From contig CAZBVF010000029.1 in NCBI GenBank assembly GCA_964495335.1, positions 1 through 43,596 of the forward strand: DNA of 43,596 nt. Direction: 5' to 3'. A program made the position numbers and the translations under genes. The notes below the pieces were generated by a model. It worked only from the letters and a program-made list of their open reading frames with translations, had not been told where the DNA came from and ran no database searches. This DNA comes from an uncultured Candidatus Saccharibacteria bacterium. GTDB taxonomy: Bacteria; Patescibacteriota; Minisyncoccia; Minisyncoccales; CAZBVF01. Shown here piece after piece: positions 26,639 to 35,250 of the stretch; positions within the stretch are counted from its first letter, which is position 1, and each line of letters begins with the position of its first letter.

Positions 26639-28465
26639 ATGTGCGGTATAGTCGGATATATTTCTTCAAACAAATCTTCCGAATCCCTAGGGATGGGAAT
26701 TCAAGCCTTAAAAAGGCTGGAATATAGAGGATATGACTCTGCGGGATTTGTTTTTTTAAACAACGGAAAAATATTCTCTGAAAAAACGGTAGGAAGAATT
26801 TCCGAGCTGGAAGAAAAAACAAAAGGGATTGAGCAAAAGGCCAATCCCCTTTTATTACATACCAGATGGGCTACAACAGGAAAGGTAAGCTTGAAAAATG
26901 CCCACCCCCATTCAGGTTGCAAAAAAAACATATGGCTGGTTCATAACGGAATAATTGAAAATTATCAATATTTAAAAGAAAAACTAATTAAAAAGGGGCA
27001 TAAGTTTACATCCGAAACAGATACAGAAGTAATAGCCCATCTCATAGAAGAATTTTTTGAAGGAAATCTTGAAAAAGCAGTTAAAAAAACTATTCCCTAT
27101 CTCAAAGGAACATATGGCTTGGCAGTAATATCAAAAGAAGATCCTAATAAAATAGTAGCTGCAAGGATGTCCAGTCCTCTTTTAATAGGCGTGGGGGAGA
27201 ACGAATATATGATAGCGTCCGACCCAACAGCCGTGATATCAAAAACAAAAAAAGTTATTTACTTGGAAGACGGGGAAGTGGCCGTAATCACTCCCAAAAG
27301 CTTTCTGATAACAAAAGGAAAAGAAGTGAAAGAAAAAAAACCGCAAGAAATTGAATGGGTCCTTGAAGATACTCAAAAAGGAAAGTACAAACACTTCATG
27401 CTCAAAGAAATAATGGAACAGCCCGAAAGCCTAAAAAGCGCCCTCAAGGGAAGGATTACGAACGGAGAAGTCTGTTTGGGAGGATTAATTAATGCAGAGA
27501 AAAGGTTAAAAGATATTGAGAGAATAATTATTACAGCTTGCGGAACCGCTTTTTATGCAGGAATAATAGGGCAATATCTCATAGAAAACATATCAAATAT
27601 TCCTTGTTCCGTGTATCCGGCCTCCGAACTAAAATACAAAAATGCTATTTTTGATAAAAAAACGGCTTTAATAGCAATATCTCAATCAGGGGAAACAGCA
27701 GACACTCTGGGAGCAATAAAAGAAGCAAAAAGAAAAGGGTCTTTGACAATTGGGATTGTTAACGCAGTCGGATCCTCAGTGGCAAGAGAAACTGATGCGG
27801 GAATTTACAATCATGCAGGTCCGGAAATAGGAGTAGCCTCAACAAAGGCATTTACCTCTCAGCTAATAATCTTATGCCTGCTCTCATCCTTTCTCGGAAG
27901 ACAGAGAAACTTGTCTCAAGAAGAATCAAAAGAAATAACAAAAGAAATCACAAAGATTCCTGGGTTTGTTTCACAAATTTTAAATAGGCATCCAGAAATA
28001 AGAGAATTAGCTAAAAAATACAAAGGATATAAAAACTTTCTTTACCTGGGAAGAAAATATAATTATCCCATAGCCCTGGAAGGAGCTTTAAAACTAAAAG
28101 AAATATCATATGTTCACGCAGAAGGCTATCCGGCAGGAGAGATGAAGCACGGTCCAATAGCTCTTATTGATAAAAACTTTCCTACTTTTGCAATATCCGT
28201 ATCCGATAGCGTTTATGATAAAATGATATCCAGCATAGAAGAAATTAAAGTAAGGAAAGGGCCTGTCATAGCAATCGCAACAGAAGGAAATAAAGAAATA
28301 AAAAAAATAGTTGATGATGTTTTTTATATCCCAAAAACATTGGAAATATTAACACCTATTCTTTCAGTTATTCCTTTACAGCTCTTTGCTTATTATGTTG
28401 CTCACCTTAAAGGAAAAGACATTGACAAACCTCGCAATTTGGCAAAGTCCGTAACCGTTGAATAA
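26639..28465 (+). CDS. glmS: Glutamine--fructose-6-phosphate aminotransferase
   Basis: N-terminal MCGIVGY (Ntn Cys), two SIS domains, C-terminus KPRNLAKSVTVE. Confidence 0.96.
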   Translation: MCGIVGYISSNKSSESLGMGIQALKRLEYRGYDSAGFVFLNNGKIFSEKTVGRISELEEKTKGIEQKANPLLLHTRWATTGKVSLKNAHPHSGCKKNIWLVHNGIIENYQYLKEKLIKKGHKFTSETDTEVIAHLIEEFFEGNLEKAVKKTIPYLKGTYGLAVISKEDPNKIVAARMSSPLLIGVGENEYMIASDPTAVISKTKKVIYLEDGEVAVITPKSFLITKGKEVKEKKPQEIEWVLEDTQKGKYKHFMLKEIMEQPESLKSALKGRITNGEVCLGGLINAEKRLKDIERIIITACGTAFYAGIIGQYLIENISNIPCSVYPASELKYKNAIFDKKTALIAISQSGETADTLGAIKEAKRKGSLTIGIVNAVGSSVARETDAGIYNHAGPEIGVASTKAFTSQLIILCLLSSFLGRQRNLSQEESKEITKEITKIPGFVSQILNRHPEIRELAKKYKGYKNFLYLGRKYNYPIALEGALKLKEISYVHAEGYPAGEMKHGPIALIDKNFPTFAISVSDSVYDKMISSIEEIKVRKGPVIAIATEGNKEIKKIVDDVFYIPKTLEILTPILSVIPLQLFAYYVAHLKGKDIDKPRNLAKSVTVE

Positions 28466-28469
28466 AATT

Positions 28470-29429
28470 ATGGATCTTAAAAAAATATCAGGGAAAAAAA
28501 TATCTTGTCTCGGAGGCGGAAATGCCATGCCAAAAGCAATCCTTGAAAAACTTAAAGAATATCCCGTGGAGATTACCGCTATTTGCGCAATGCTTGATAC
28601 AGGAGGCTCTTCAGGGAGATTAAAAAAAGACTACAAAATAACTTCCCCGGGAGATATCAGAAGATCTTTAATAGCTCTTGCAAACACTTCCCCGGTAATA
28701 GAACATCTTTTCAATTACCGATTTCAAGGAGGAGACTTAAAAGGACATAACTTCGCAAACCTTTTAATCACAGCATTGGAATTAAACGCTAACAATTACG
28801 ACAGCGTTATAAAAGAACTCAGAAAAATCTTAAAAATAAAACATCAAGTTTTACCCGTAACTTTAAGCAAGTCAAACATTTATGCTGTTTTGGAAAATGG
28901 AAAGATTGTCTCCGGTGAAAAAAATATAGATATTCCAAGGCACAACGGAAAATTAAAAATAAAAAAAGTTTACTTAAAGCCCAAAGCCAAAGCATATCCT
29001 CAAAGCATAAAATCAATAGAAAAATCCGACCTGATAGTAATAGGGCCGGGAGATCTTTATTCTTCTCTAGCTCAAATATTAATAACAGAAGGAATTCCAG
29101 AATCAATTAAAAAAAGTAAAGCAAAAAAAGTCTATGTCTGCAATCTAATGCGAAAATACGGGGAAACAAACGACTTCAGCGTCCTGGATTTTACAAGAGA
29201 AGTTGAGAAATACCTGAAATCAAACCTGGATTATGTTATTTATAACACCAAAGAACCTCCCAAGGAATTGATCAAAGAACAAAAAAAGAAACATCCCGAA
29301 CTTTTAGGAATGGTAAAAATAAGCAAAAACTTAGACAAGAAAAAATTCATAGGGAAACCTCTTTTGAAAAGAAATTCTATTGAACATAATTCAAAAAGAC
29401 TTTCGGAAATAATAATTTCCCTTCTTTAG
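28470..29429 (+). CDS. yvcK: YvcK/CofD-family (UPF0052) protein
   Basis: GGGNAMPKAI, DTGGSSGRL, GDIRRSL and GPGDLYSSL. ATG at 28470 is preferred over TTG at 28458. Confidence 0.85.
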   Translation: MDLKKISGKKISCLGGGNAMPKAILEKLKEYPVEITAICAMLDTGGSSGRLKKDYKITSPGDIRRSLIALANTSPVIEHLFNYRFQGGDLKGHNFANLLITALELNANNYDSVIKELRKILKIKHQVLPVTLSKSNIYAVLENGKIVSGEKNIDIPRHNGKLKIKKVYLKPKAKAYPQSIKSIEKSDLIVIGPGDLYSSLAQILITEGIPESIKKSKAKKVYVCNLMRKYGETNDFSVLDFTREVEKYLKSNLDYVIYNTKEPPKELIKEQKKKHPELLGMVKISKNLDKKKFIGKPLLKRNSIEHNSKRLSEIIISLL

Positions 29430-29444
29430 GTTATTACAAAACTA

Positions 29445-29472
29445 TTGATTTTTTTATAAGCTATGATATAAT
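29445..29472 (+). promoter_or_regulatory. Promoter TTGATT-16 nt-TGaTATAAT
   Basis: -35 TTGATT 29445-29450, spacer ending in TGA, -10 TATAAT 29467-29472. Lies about 110 nt upstream of the 62-aa ORF. Confidence 0.55.
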
Positions 29473-29488
29473 GTAAAACATAAAAGCA

Positions 29489-29553
29489 GTTCTTTAAAAA
29501 TTTCACCGAGGAAGGATGTGAAAAGAAAAAGGTGTTAAAGAACCATTTTTTTT
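29489..29553 (+). promoter_or_regulatory. Structured leader or small RNA ending in an intrinsic-terminator-like hairpin plus T8
   Basis: Outer stem GTTCTTTAA (29489-29497) / TTAAAGAAC (29535-29543). Inner stem TTTCAC (29501-29506) / GTGAAA (29518-29523) with a purine-rich loop cgaggaaggat. Followed by ca + TTTTTTTT (29546-29553). Confidence 0.4.
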
Positions 29554-29582
29554 ATTTATTTTAAAAAAGGGAGAGGTATATT

Positions 29583-29771
29583 ATGTTATCGGAAAAGAAG
29601 TTAAAGGAAAAAGAAAATGATTTTTTAGATGAAATCCTGCCAAAAGGATATAGGTTTGAAGAAGTGCAAGAAGGAGTGAAAACTTTTATAGACCTTTACA
29701 AAGAAGGTTCTTTTGTAAAAAGATTTCGCTTTTCAAACGATATGTGGTTCTACTTAGAAAACAATATGTAA
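29583..29771 (+). CDS. Hypothetical 62-aa protein (orphan)
   Basis: Strong SD GGGAGAGG (29569-29576) 6 nt before the ATG, and a clean terminator follows. No family recognised. Confidence 0.6.
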   Translation: MLSEKKLKEKENDFLDEILPKGYRFEEVQEGVKTFIDLYKEGSFVKRFRFSNDMWFYLENNM

Positions 29772-29786
29772 TGTTTTAATAATTAT

Positions 29787-29817
29787 AGCCAGAGAAAAAT
29801 TCTCTGGCTTTCTTCTG
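29787..29817 (+). terminator. Intrinsic terminator
   Basis: AGCCAGAGA-aaaat-TCTCTGGCT (9-bp perfect stem) followed by ttcttct. Confidence 0.7.
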
Positions 29818-29902
29818 GATATTTGCAAAAAATGAAATTATATGTCATTATTTTTTATATAAAAGCTATTTAAAAATTTAAAAAGAAAAGAGGTGACTTA
29901 AA

Positions 29903-30496
29903 TTGAAAGATATTAAGTTCATTATCTGTGACATTGATGGCACCATATTAGACAGCAAGAAATTCTTCCGAAACTTTCAAAGGAAAATAATCGTCTCTAA
30001 CCCTTTCTTTTCTCAAATATACCTTAAAGTCTTGGAGGGGAAAATTCTTCCTAAAATAATTAAGAAGTGGCTCTACGAATTAACAGAGCTTACGGAAAGA
30101 AATGAAGTAAAAAAATTTAGAGGAGTAACTACTTTTTTAAGGTCTCTGAACAAAAAAAGAATAAAAGTTTTTGGAAGTACGAGGTCTAACTTGGAAAAAA
30201 CAAAGAGAAGATTGGAAGAACAAAAAATATTGAAATTTTTTGAAATTTTAGCCGGAAATGAAGTTGAAAAAATAAAACACATACCTTATTTCGCAGAATA
30301 CTTAAATATGGAGGTTAAAGAATTTTCCAAACAAGCTCTTTACATAGGAGACGAACCCGGAGATATATATATTGCAAAAAAATCAGAAATTCCATCTATT
30401 ATAATAACAAGTACTTTCACAGAAAAAGAACTAGAAAGATTAAAAATTGAAAGAGTGGCAATCGTGAAAAAAATAAAAGAAGCAGTCAAAAAATAA
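29903..30496 (+). CDS. HAD-superfamily hydrolase
   Basis: Motif I ICDIDGTILD, motif II GST and motif IV GDEPGD. TTG start preceded by SD AAGAGGTGA (29888-29896). Confidence 0.82.
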   Translation: MKDIKFIICDIDGTILDSKKFFRNFQRKIIVSNPFFSQIYLKVLEGKILPKIIKKWLYELTELTERNEVKKFRGVTTFLRSLNKKRIKVFGSTRSNLEKTKRRLEEQKILKFFEILAGNEVEKIKHIPYFAEYLNMEVKEFSKQALYIGDEPGDIYIAKKSEIPSIIITSTFTEKELERLKIERVAIVKKIKEAVKK

Positions 30497-30533
30497 AGCC
30501 CATTTTACATTAAATAAAATGGGCTTTTTGTTT
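30497..30533. terminator. Bidirectional intrinsic terminator between the HAD and GerMN genes
   Basis: AGCCCATTTTA (30497-30507) / TAAAATGGGCT (30515-30525), an 11-bp perfect stem. T-runs follow on both strands (ttttgttt on plus, ttatttttt on minus). Confidence 0.75.
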
Positions 30534-30960
30534 AGGGCTGTAAAACTCCTTCTCTTTCCCCTTTTCCTTCAACGGTAAATATAATTTCTTTTATAAATGG
30601 AAGCTGATAAAGAGAATCAAATTGCTTCCTTATTTTCATTACGTTGAAAGAGCCTCCTCCATAACTTTGAAGTTCTTCTGAAAAATCCAGGATAACATTT
30701 CCCCCTAATAAAACCACATAATTTAGTTTTGTTCCTTCGGGAATAAAAGTTAATAGAGAGTCTTGAGGTCCCTGGAGAAGTTTTTCAGTTACTTTTTTCA
30801 CAATCTCTCTTTTTGAAAGATTTTCCATGTCAATCGAAAAGGGAACTTCTACGATTTCGTATTTTTGGTTAAAGAAAAACAATTTTACCTCGCAAGCCAT
30901 CGCTTGGGAACTAAACAAAAACAAAAAAATCGTTACTAATAATACCAATCCTTTTCTCAT
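30532..30960 (-). CDS. Secreted or lipoprotein-like GerMN-domain protein
   Basis: Signal peptide MRKGLVLLVTIFLFLFSSQAMAC. GerMN-like pattern LLQGP...IPEGTKL...ILDFSEEL...GGGS...TVEGKG. ATG at 30960 is preceded by SD AAGGAGGAG, and the longer track ORF (31053) is rejected. Confidence 0.72.
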   Translation of the reverse strand: MRKGLVLLVTIFLFLFSSQAMACEVKLFFFNQKYEIVEVPFSIDMENLSKREIVKKVTEKLLQGPQDSLLTFIPEGTKLNYVVLLGGNVILDFSEELQSYGGGSFNVMKIRKQFDSLYQLPFIKEIIFTVEGKGEREGVLQP

Positions 30961-31032
30961 TTTTTTCTCCTCCTTATTAAATTGAAAAGTACTTTTTAAT
31001 ACCATAACATAAAAATATAAGAAATGCAAGTA

Positions 31033-31061
31033 TTGACAAAAATCTATTATCAAGGTAAAAA
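31033..31061 (+). promoter_or_regulatory. Candidate promoter TTGACA-17 nt-TAAAAA for the 221-aa ORF
   Basis: Perfect -35 TTGACA at 31033-31038 and a weak -10 TAAAAA at 31056-31061. Confidence 0.4.
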
Positions 31062-31101
31062 CAATCAGATCTTTAATTTTTGAAAAAGGAGGTACAATAA
31101 A

Positions 31102-31767
31102 ATGTACTTAGAAAATATGAATTATGACAAGATAGCAATGATGAAAGGAAATGTTTGGGATTTTCAGAAAATCTTTCAACTTCAAAAAGAAATAGCTTTT
31201 AAATTTCTTTTAGGCTTTAGCTTCTCTAATAAAGAGGAGCCATTGAAGATAGTAAAAATAGAAGATTCTTTACAACTTTTCTCAGAAACCATGATCTCCG
31301 ACAACGGTTCTACGTTTGACATCTTTTACAAGTTTCACTTGAGAGGAAAAGATGCTGCAGCCATTAAAAGCGTTTATGATAACAGACATGTCAACATAAC
31401 AAACAGGACCCTTGATGGAGAAATAAAGAAAGAGGGCAATGAGTTTGTCATAGATAACGAGCCAATACTATATCTTGGTGTGTCTGCAAGATCAATGAAT
31501 TGTCTATACAAAGAGAAAAGGTTTACCTCTTTTATTATGGATTTGAGAAAATTTGCAAAAGAAACATCAGAAGAATTTGAAAAAGATATATTTTTTCACA
31601 ACCCTCTCCAGAATGGATGTTTAAGCTTAGATGAAGAAGGTAACTTTGAAAAAATAGATATCGGGCTTTTTTATCCCAACACAATTAGATTTAAAAGAAA
31701 ATTCATAAAAGAAAGGAATGCGGATATTCCGGTAAAAATCAAAGAAATACATAAAGTAAATATTTAA
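31102..31767 (+). CDS. Hypothetical 221-aa protein (orphan, no TM or signal peptide seen)
   Basis: SD AAGGAGGT (31086-31093) 8 nt before the ATG, with a terminator immediately after the stop. No motif recognised. Confidence 0.75.
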   Translation: MYLENMNYDKIAMMKGNVWDFQKIFQLQKEIAFKFLLGFSFSNKEEPLKIVKIEDSLQLFSETMISDNGSTFDIFYKFHLRGKDAAAIKSVYDNRHVNITNRTLDGEIKKEGNEFVIDNEPILYLGVSARSMNCLYKEKRFTSFIMDLRKFAKETSEEFEKDIFFHNPLQNGCLSLDEEGNFEKIDIGLFYPNTIRFKRKFIKERNADIPVKIKEIHKVNI

Positions 31768-31772
31768 AAAAA

Positions 31773-31802
31773 GCGGAGGATTTCCTCCGCTTTAACTTTT
31801 TT
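31773..31802 (+). terminator. Intrinsic terminator
   Basis: GCGGAGG-attt-CCTCCGC followed by tttaactttttt; an A-run precedes the stem. Confidence 0.7.
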
Positions 31803-31812
31803 AAATGAAAGA

Positions 31813-31818
31813 TATAAT
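31813..31818 (+). promoter_or_regulatory. -10 box TATAAT 6 nt upstream of the PP-loop gene ATG (leaderless-type)
   Basis: gaTATAAT aaaaaa ATG(31825). No SD. Confidence 0.45.
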
Positions 31819-31824
31819 AAAAAA

Positions 31825-32769
31825 ATGAATAAAAAGGTAAAGGCTCTGGTATTGTTCTCTGGAGGATTGGACTCAATATTAGCCATAAAAATATTAAAGA
31901 AGCAAAAAATAGAAGTTACAGCTCTTTTTTTAAAAAGCTATTTTTTTGATGAGAAAAAAGCAAAAAAAACAGCAAAAAGAATAAAGATCCCTTTTATCTC
32001 AACTGATTTCTCAAAAGAACAATTAAAAACCGTGATGAACCCCAAGCACGGATACGGTTCGGCTTTAAACCCTTGCATTGACTGCCACAAGCTAATGATT
32101 AAAAAAGCTGAAAGAATAAGGAAAAGAGGTAATTTTGATTTTATTGCAACGGGAGAGGTCTTAGGGCAAAGACCCATGAGCCAAAATAAAAGAGCCATAA
32201 ATTTAATAGAAAGGCAGCTGGGAATGAAAGGAAAAATATTAAGACCTCTTTCAGCAAAATTGCTTGAAGAAACTCTTGCAGAAAAAAAAGGTTTAGTCCA
32301 AAGAGAAAGCCTCCTTGGTATTAAAGGAAAATCAAGAAAAAAACAATTAGAATTAGCAAAAGAATTCAATTTAAAAGAACACCCTACCCCTGCGGGAGGA
32401 TGCATTTTAACAGATAAGGATTTTTCGGAAAGATTGAAAGAATTGTTTAAAATATGGAAAGGAGCTGAAAGAAAAGAAAAATATTTTGAGAACGATATAG
32501 GGCTTTTAAAAGTAGGGCGACACTTTAAAAAAAATTCAGCTAAAATTATAGTCGGCAGGAACGAGAAAGAAAATAAAACTATAGAAAAGCTGTCTTTAAA
32601 AAAAGATATATTAATTGAAATGGAAAATTATCCGGGCCCTCTTGTCTTGTTAAGATTCTACAAAGGAAAAAAAGAAAAATTAGTAAAAGAAGCAAAAAAA
32701 ATCACCCAACATTATTCAACTAAATCAAGATTCAAAAAAGATGTCTCTTTTTCAATTCGGGAGATTTAA
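31825..32769 (+). CDS. PP-loop ATP pyrophosphatase, ThiI/MnmA-like tRNA thiolation-type enzyme (no THUMP or rhodanese domain)
   Basis: PP-loop LFSGGLDS, NPCIDCHKLM, ATGEVLGQRPMSQ, ILRPLSAKL and PAGGCILTD. Family assignment is from memory of ThiI-type motifs. Confidence 0.8.
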   Translation: MNKKVKALVLFSGGLDSILAIKILKKQKIEVTALFLKSYFFDEKKAKKTAKRIKIPFISTDFSKEQLKTVMNPKHGYGSALNPCIDCHKLMIKKAERIRKRGNFDFIATGEVLGQRPMSQNKRAINLIERQLGMKGKILRPLSAKLLEETLAEKKGLVQRESLLGIKGKSRKKQLELAKEFNLKEHPTPAGGCILTDKDFSERLKELFKIWKGAERKEKYFENDIGLLKVGRHFKKNSAKIIVGRNEKENKTIEKLSLKKDILIEMENYPGPLVLLRFYKGKKEKLVKEAKKITQHYSTKSRFKKDVSFSIREI

Positions 32770-32773
32770 TATT

Positions 32774-34225
32774 CTAAATTCTGGGGAAAAGAGATTTTCC
32801 TTTTTTAACTTTAAAAGAATTACTTTTTTCATCTTTCCCGGTTCCAATAATTTCTAAAATCTTTTCCGATGTATCGGGTAAGAAAGGACTGATCATTAAA
32901 GCAATGTTCTTGATTGAAAAAACTAAATCAAAAATAACTTGTTTTTTATCTTCAGAATTTTCCCAAGGCCTTTCTTTCTCAATCAAAGAATCACAAAAAC
33001 TGATTAATTCCCAAACAACCATTAACCCTTCATTAAACTTGAAGTTATCAAGCGCTTTTTTATATCCTTCCCATGCACTTTCTATCTTTTCTTTTACTTC
33101 CAAATTGGAATCTTGAGAGCCAAAATCCAAATTTTCTGCCATAGCGCTTACTCTTGAGACCAAGTTTCCCAGTCCTTTAGCCAAATCGCTATTGTATCTG
33201 GATTCAAGCTTATCATAAGTGAAATCCCCGTCTTCCGTTGAAGGAATCTCTCTTAAAAGAAAATATCTTACAGCGTCAACCCCGTATTTTTCAACAGTTT
33301 CAAAAGGATCAATAACATTCCCTGAACTTTTTGACATTTTTTGATTGCCCGAAGTAATAAAGCCATGAATAAAAATTTGTTTTGAAGGCTTTAATCCTGC
33401 GGACATGAGCATAGCTTGCCACATAGAAGATTGCTGACGCAAATTATCCTTTCCCGCTGTTTGCATCCCAGGCCAAAAATCATTAAATTTTTTCACGTTG
33501 TCAGGCCATCCCAAACAAGAAATGTAATTGACCAATGCATCAAACCAAACATACATTACTTGATCTTCGTCACCAGGAACAGGAATCCCCCAGGGCATTT
33601 TTTCTTTCAATCTGGATATGCTGAAATCTTTTAATCCCTTTTTGGTAAATTCCTTTATTTCCTGAAGCCTAGAGTTGGGAACAACAAAATTCGGATTTTT
33701 TCCATACAATTTCATCAGTCTTTCTTGAAAATTAGAATAACGGAAAAAATAGTTTTCCTCTTCAATAATTTCCATTTCCTGATTTGGGTGCAAAGGACAC
33801 TTTCCGTTAACAAGTTCTGACTCTGTTTTTTCCAATTCACAGCCCGGACAATACTTTATTTTATATTTTTTCTTGTATATATCGCCATTTTCATTGCATC
33901 TCTTCCAGAACTCCTGGGCTGCTTTAATATGATCATCATCTGTGGTTCTTATAAAATTATCGTAACTTAAATTTAAAATACCTTTTAGTTTTTTAAATTC
34001 TGATGCATTCTCATCACAAAATTCTTGAGGGCTCATTCCTTTTTCTTTTGCTTTTCTATATATTTTAGATCCGTGTTCATCAGTTCCGGTATTAAAAAAA
34101 ACTTCATCTCCCATGTTTCTGCGATATCTTGCAATCACGTCTGTTTGAATTATTTCCAAGGCAAAACCAATATGCGGCCTGCTATTAACATAAGGCAGTG
34201 TTGTTGTGATATAAAATTTACTCAT
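32774..34225 (-). CDS. metG: Methionyl-tRNA synthetase (short form, no C-terminal tRNA-binding domain)
   Basis: LPYVNSRPHIGF (HIGH-type), Zn knuckle CPGCELEK...CPLH, and KMSKSSGN. Confidence 0.95.
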   Translation of the reverse strand: MSKFYITTTLPYVNSRPHIGFALEIIQTDVIARYRRNMGDEVFFNTGTDEHGSKIYRKAKEKGMSPQEFCDENASEFKKLKGILNLSYDNFIRTTDDDHIKAAQEFWKRCNENGDIYKKKYKIKYCPGCELEKTESELVNGKCPLHPNQEMEIIEEENYFFRYSNFQERLMKLYGKNPNFVVPNSRLQEIKEFTKKGLKDFSISRLKEKMPWGIPVPGDEDQVMYVWFDALVNYISCLGWPDNVKKFNDFWPGMQTAGKDNLRQQSSMWQAMLMSAGLKPSKQIFIHGFITSGNQKMSKSSGNVIDPFETVEKYGVDAVRYFLLREIPSTEDGDFTYDKLESRYNSDLAKGLGNLVSRVSAMAENLDFGSQDSNLEVKEKIESAWEGYKKALDNFKFNEGLMVVWELISFCDSLIEKERPWENSEDKKQVIFDLVFSIKNIALMISPFLPDTSEKILEIIGTGKDEKSNSFKVKKGKSLFPRI

Positions 34226-35250
34226 TGAATTTCAGATTGAGCCTCTTTTTTTTCTTTTAAAAAATTTCTTACAAATTCATAAAAAAGCCCTAACAAAGGA
34301 ACAGCTAGCATTGCTCCCAAGATACCCCAAAGCCTTCCCCCTATCAACAAAGCTACCAGCACTAAAGCAGGGGGGAGTCCTATTACTTTTTTTGTTAAAA
34401 CCGGAACCAAGATACTTCCTTCTATTTGTTGGATTAAAATAAGAATAATCAGGATAAAAAGAGCTTTTACCCAGCTTTCCAAAGCAGAAAACAATACAAT
34501 AATAGCCCCGGAGAATATTGGACCGATAATAGGGATAATATCTGAAACCCCCACAAGTAATCCAAAAGAAACAGCATATCTAATATTTAAAATGTGGCAA
34601 GCAATAAAGGTAAGCAATCCGACAAAGGCAGACAAAACAATTCTCATCCCAAACCATTTAGAAACTTTGAGTTTGCTCTGTCTCCAGATTTCCAGGACTG
34701 CCTTTTCATATTTCCTGGGAGAGAGAAGCCCTATCATTTCATCCACTCCCTTTTCTTCAATAGAAAGAAAAATAGCAAGCATAAATATAGTCATTGTCGA
34801 AAGAACTCCTCCAAAAATAATAGTAATAGCATTAAAAATACTGGAGGAAGCATCCATTAACCAACCCTCTACCGTTCCTTTAAAAGTTTCTATGCTTTCA
34901 AAAGCTTCAAGGCCCAATCCGCTTAAAGGTGGTGCCAATTTTTCAAAATAATGAGGAAAAAGCTGAGTAAATTGCTGAATTTCAAAAGCAAAGAAAGGAA
35001 CAATAAAATAAATCATCCCTCCGAATATGCTAAAGATTAAAACATAAACAAGAACGGTAGATAAAATCCTGGGAAATCTTAATTTCTTTAAAAAATCAAT
35101 AGCTGGATCGGTTAAAACTGAAATAATCAAAGCAAAAACAACCCAAATCAAGATATCTTTAACAAGGTAAGCAAAATAAAAACAAGTAAAAGCAAAGGCA
35201 ATTTTTAATATTGTCCCCCAAGATATATCTAATATCTTTTCCTCGTTCAT
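34222..35250 (-). CDS. AI-2E family transporter (PerM/UPF0118) membrane protein
   Basis: Polytopic membrane protein of about 340 aa with a typical C-terminal half (IIPIIGPIFSGAIIVLF, LILIQQIEGSILVP). Confidence 0.85.
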   Translation of the reverse strand: MNEEKILDISWGTILKIAFAFTCFYFAYLVKDILIWVVFALIISVLTDPAIDFLKKLRFPRILSTVLVYVLIFSIFGGMIYFIVPFFAFEIQQFTQLFPHYFEKLAPPLSGLGLEAFESIETFKGTVEGWLMDASSSIFNAITIIFGGVLSTMTIFMLAIFLSIEEKGVDEMIGLLSPRKYEKAVLEIWRQSKLKVSKWFGMRIVLSAFVGLLTFIACHILNIRYAVSFGLLVGVSDIIPIIGPIFSGAIIVLFSALESWVKALFILIILILIQQIEGSILVPVLTKKVIGLPPALVLVALLIGGRLWGILGAMLAVPLLGLFYEFVRNFLKEKKEAQSEIQ

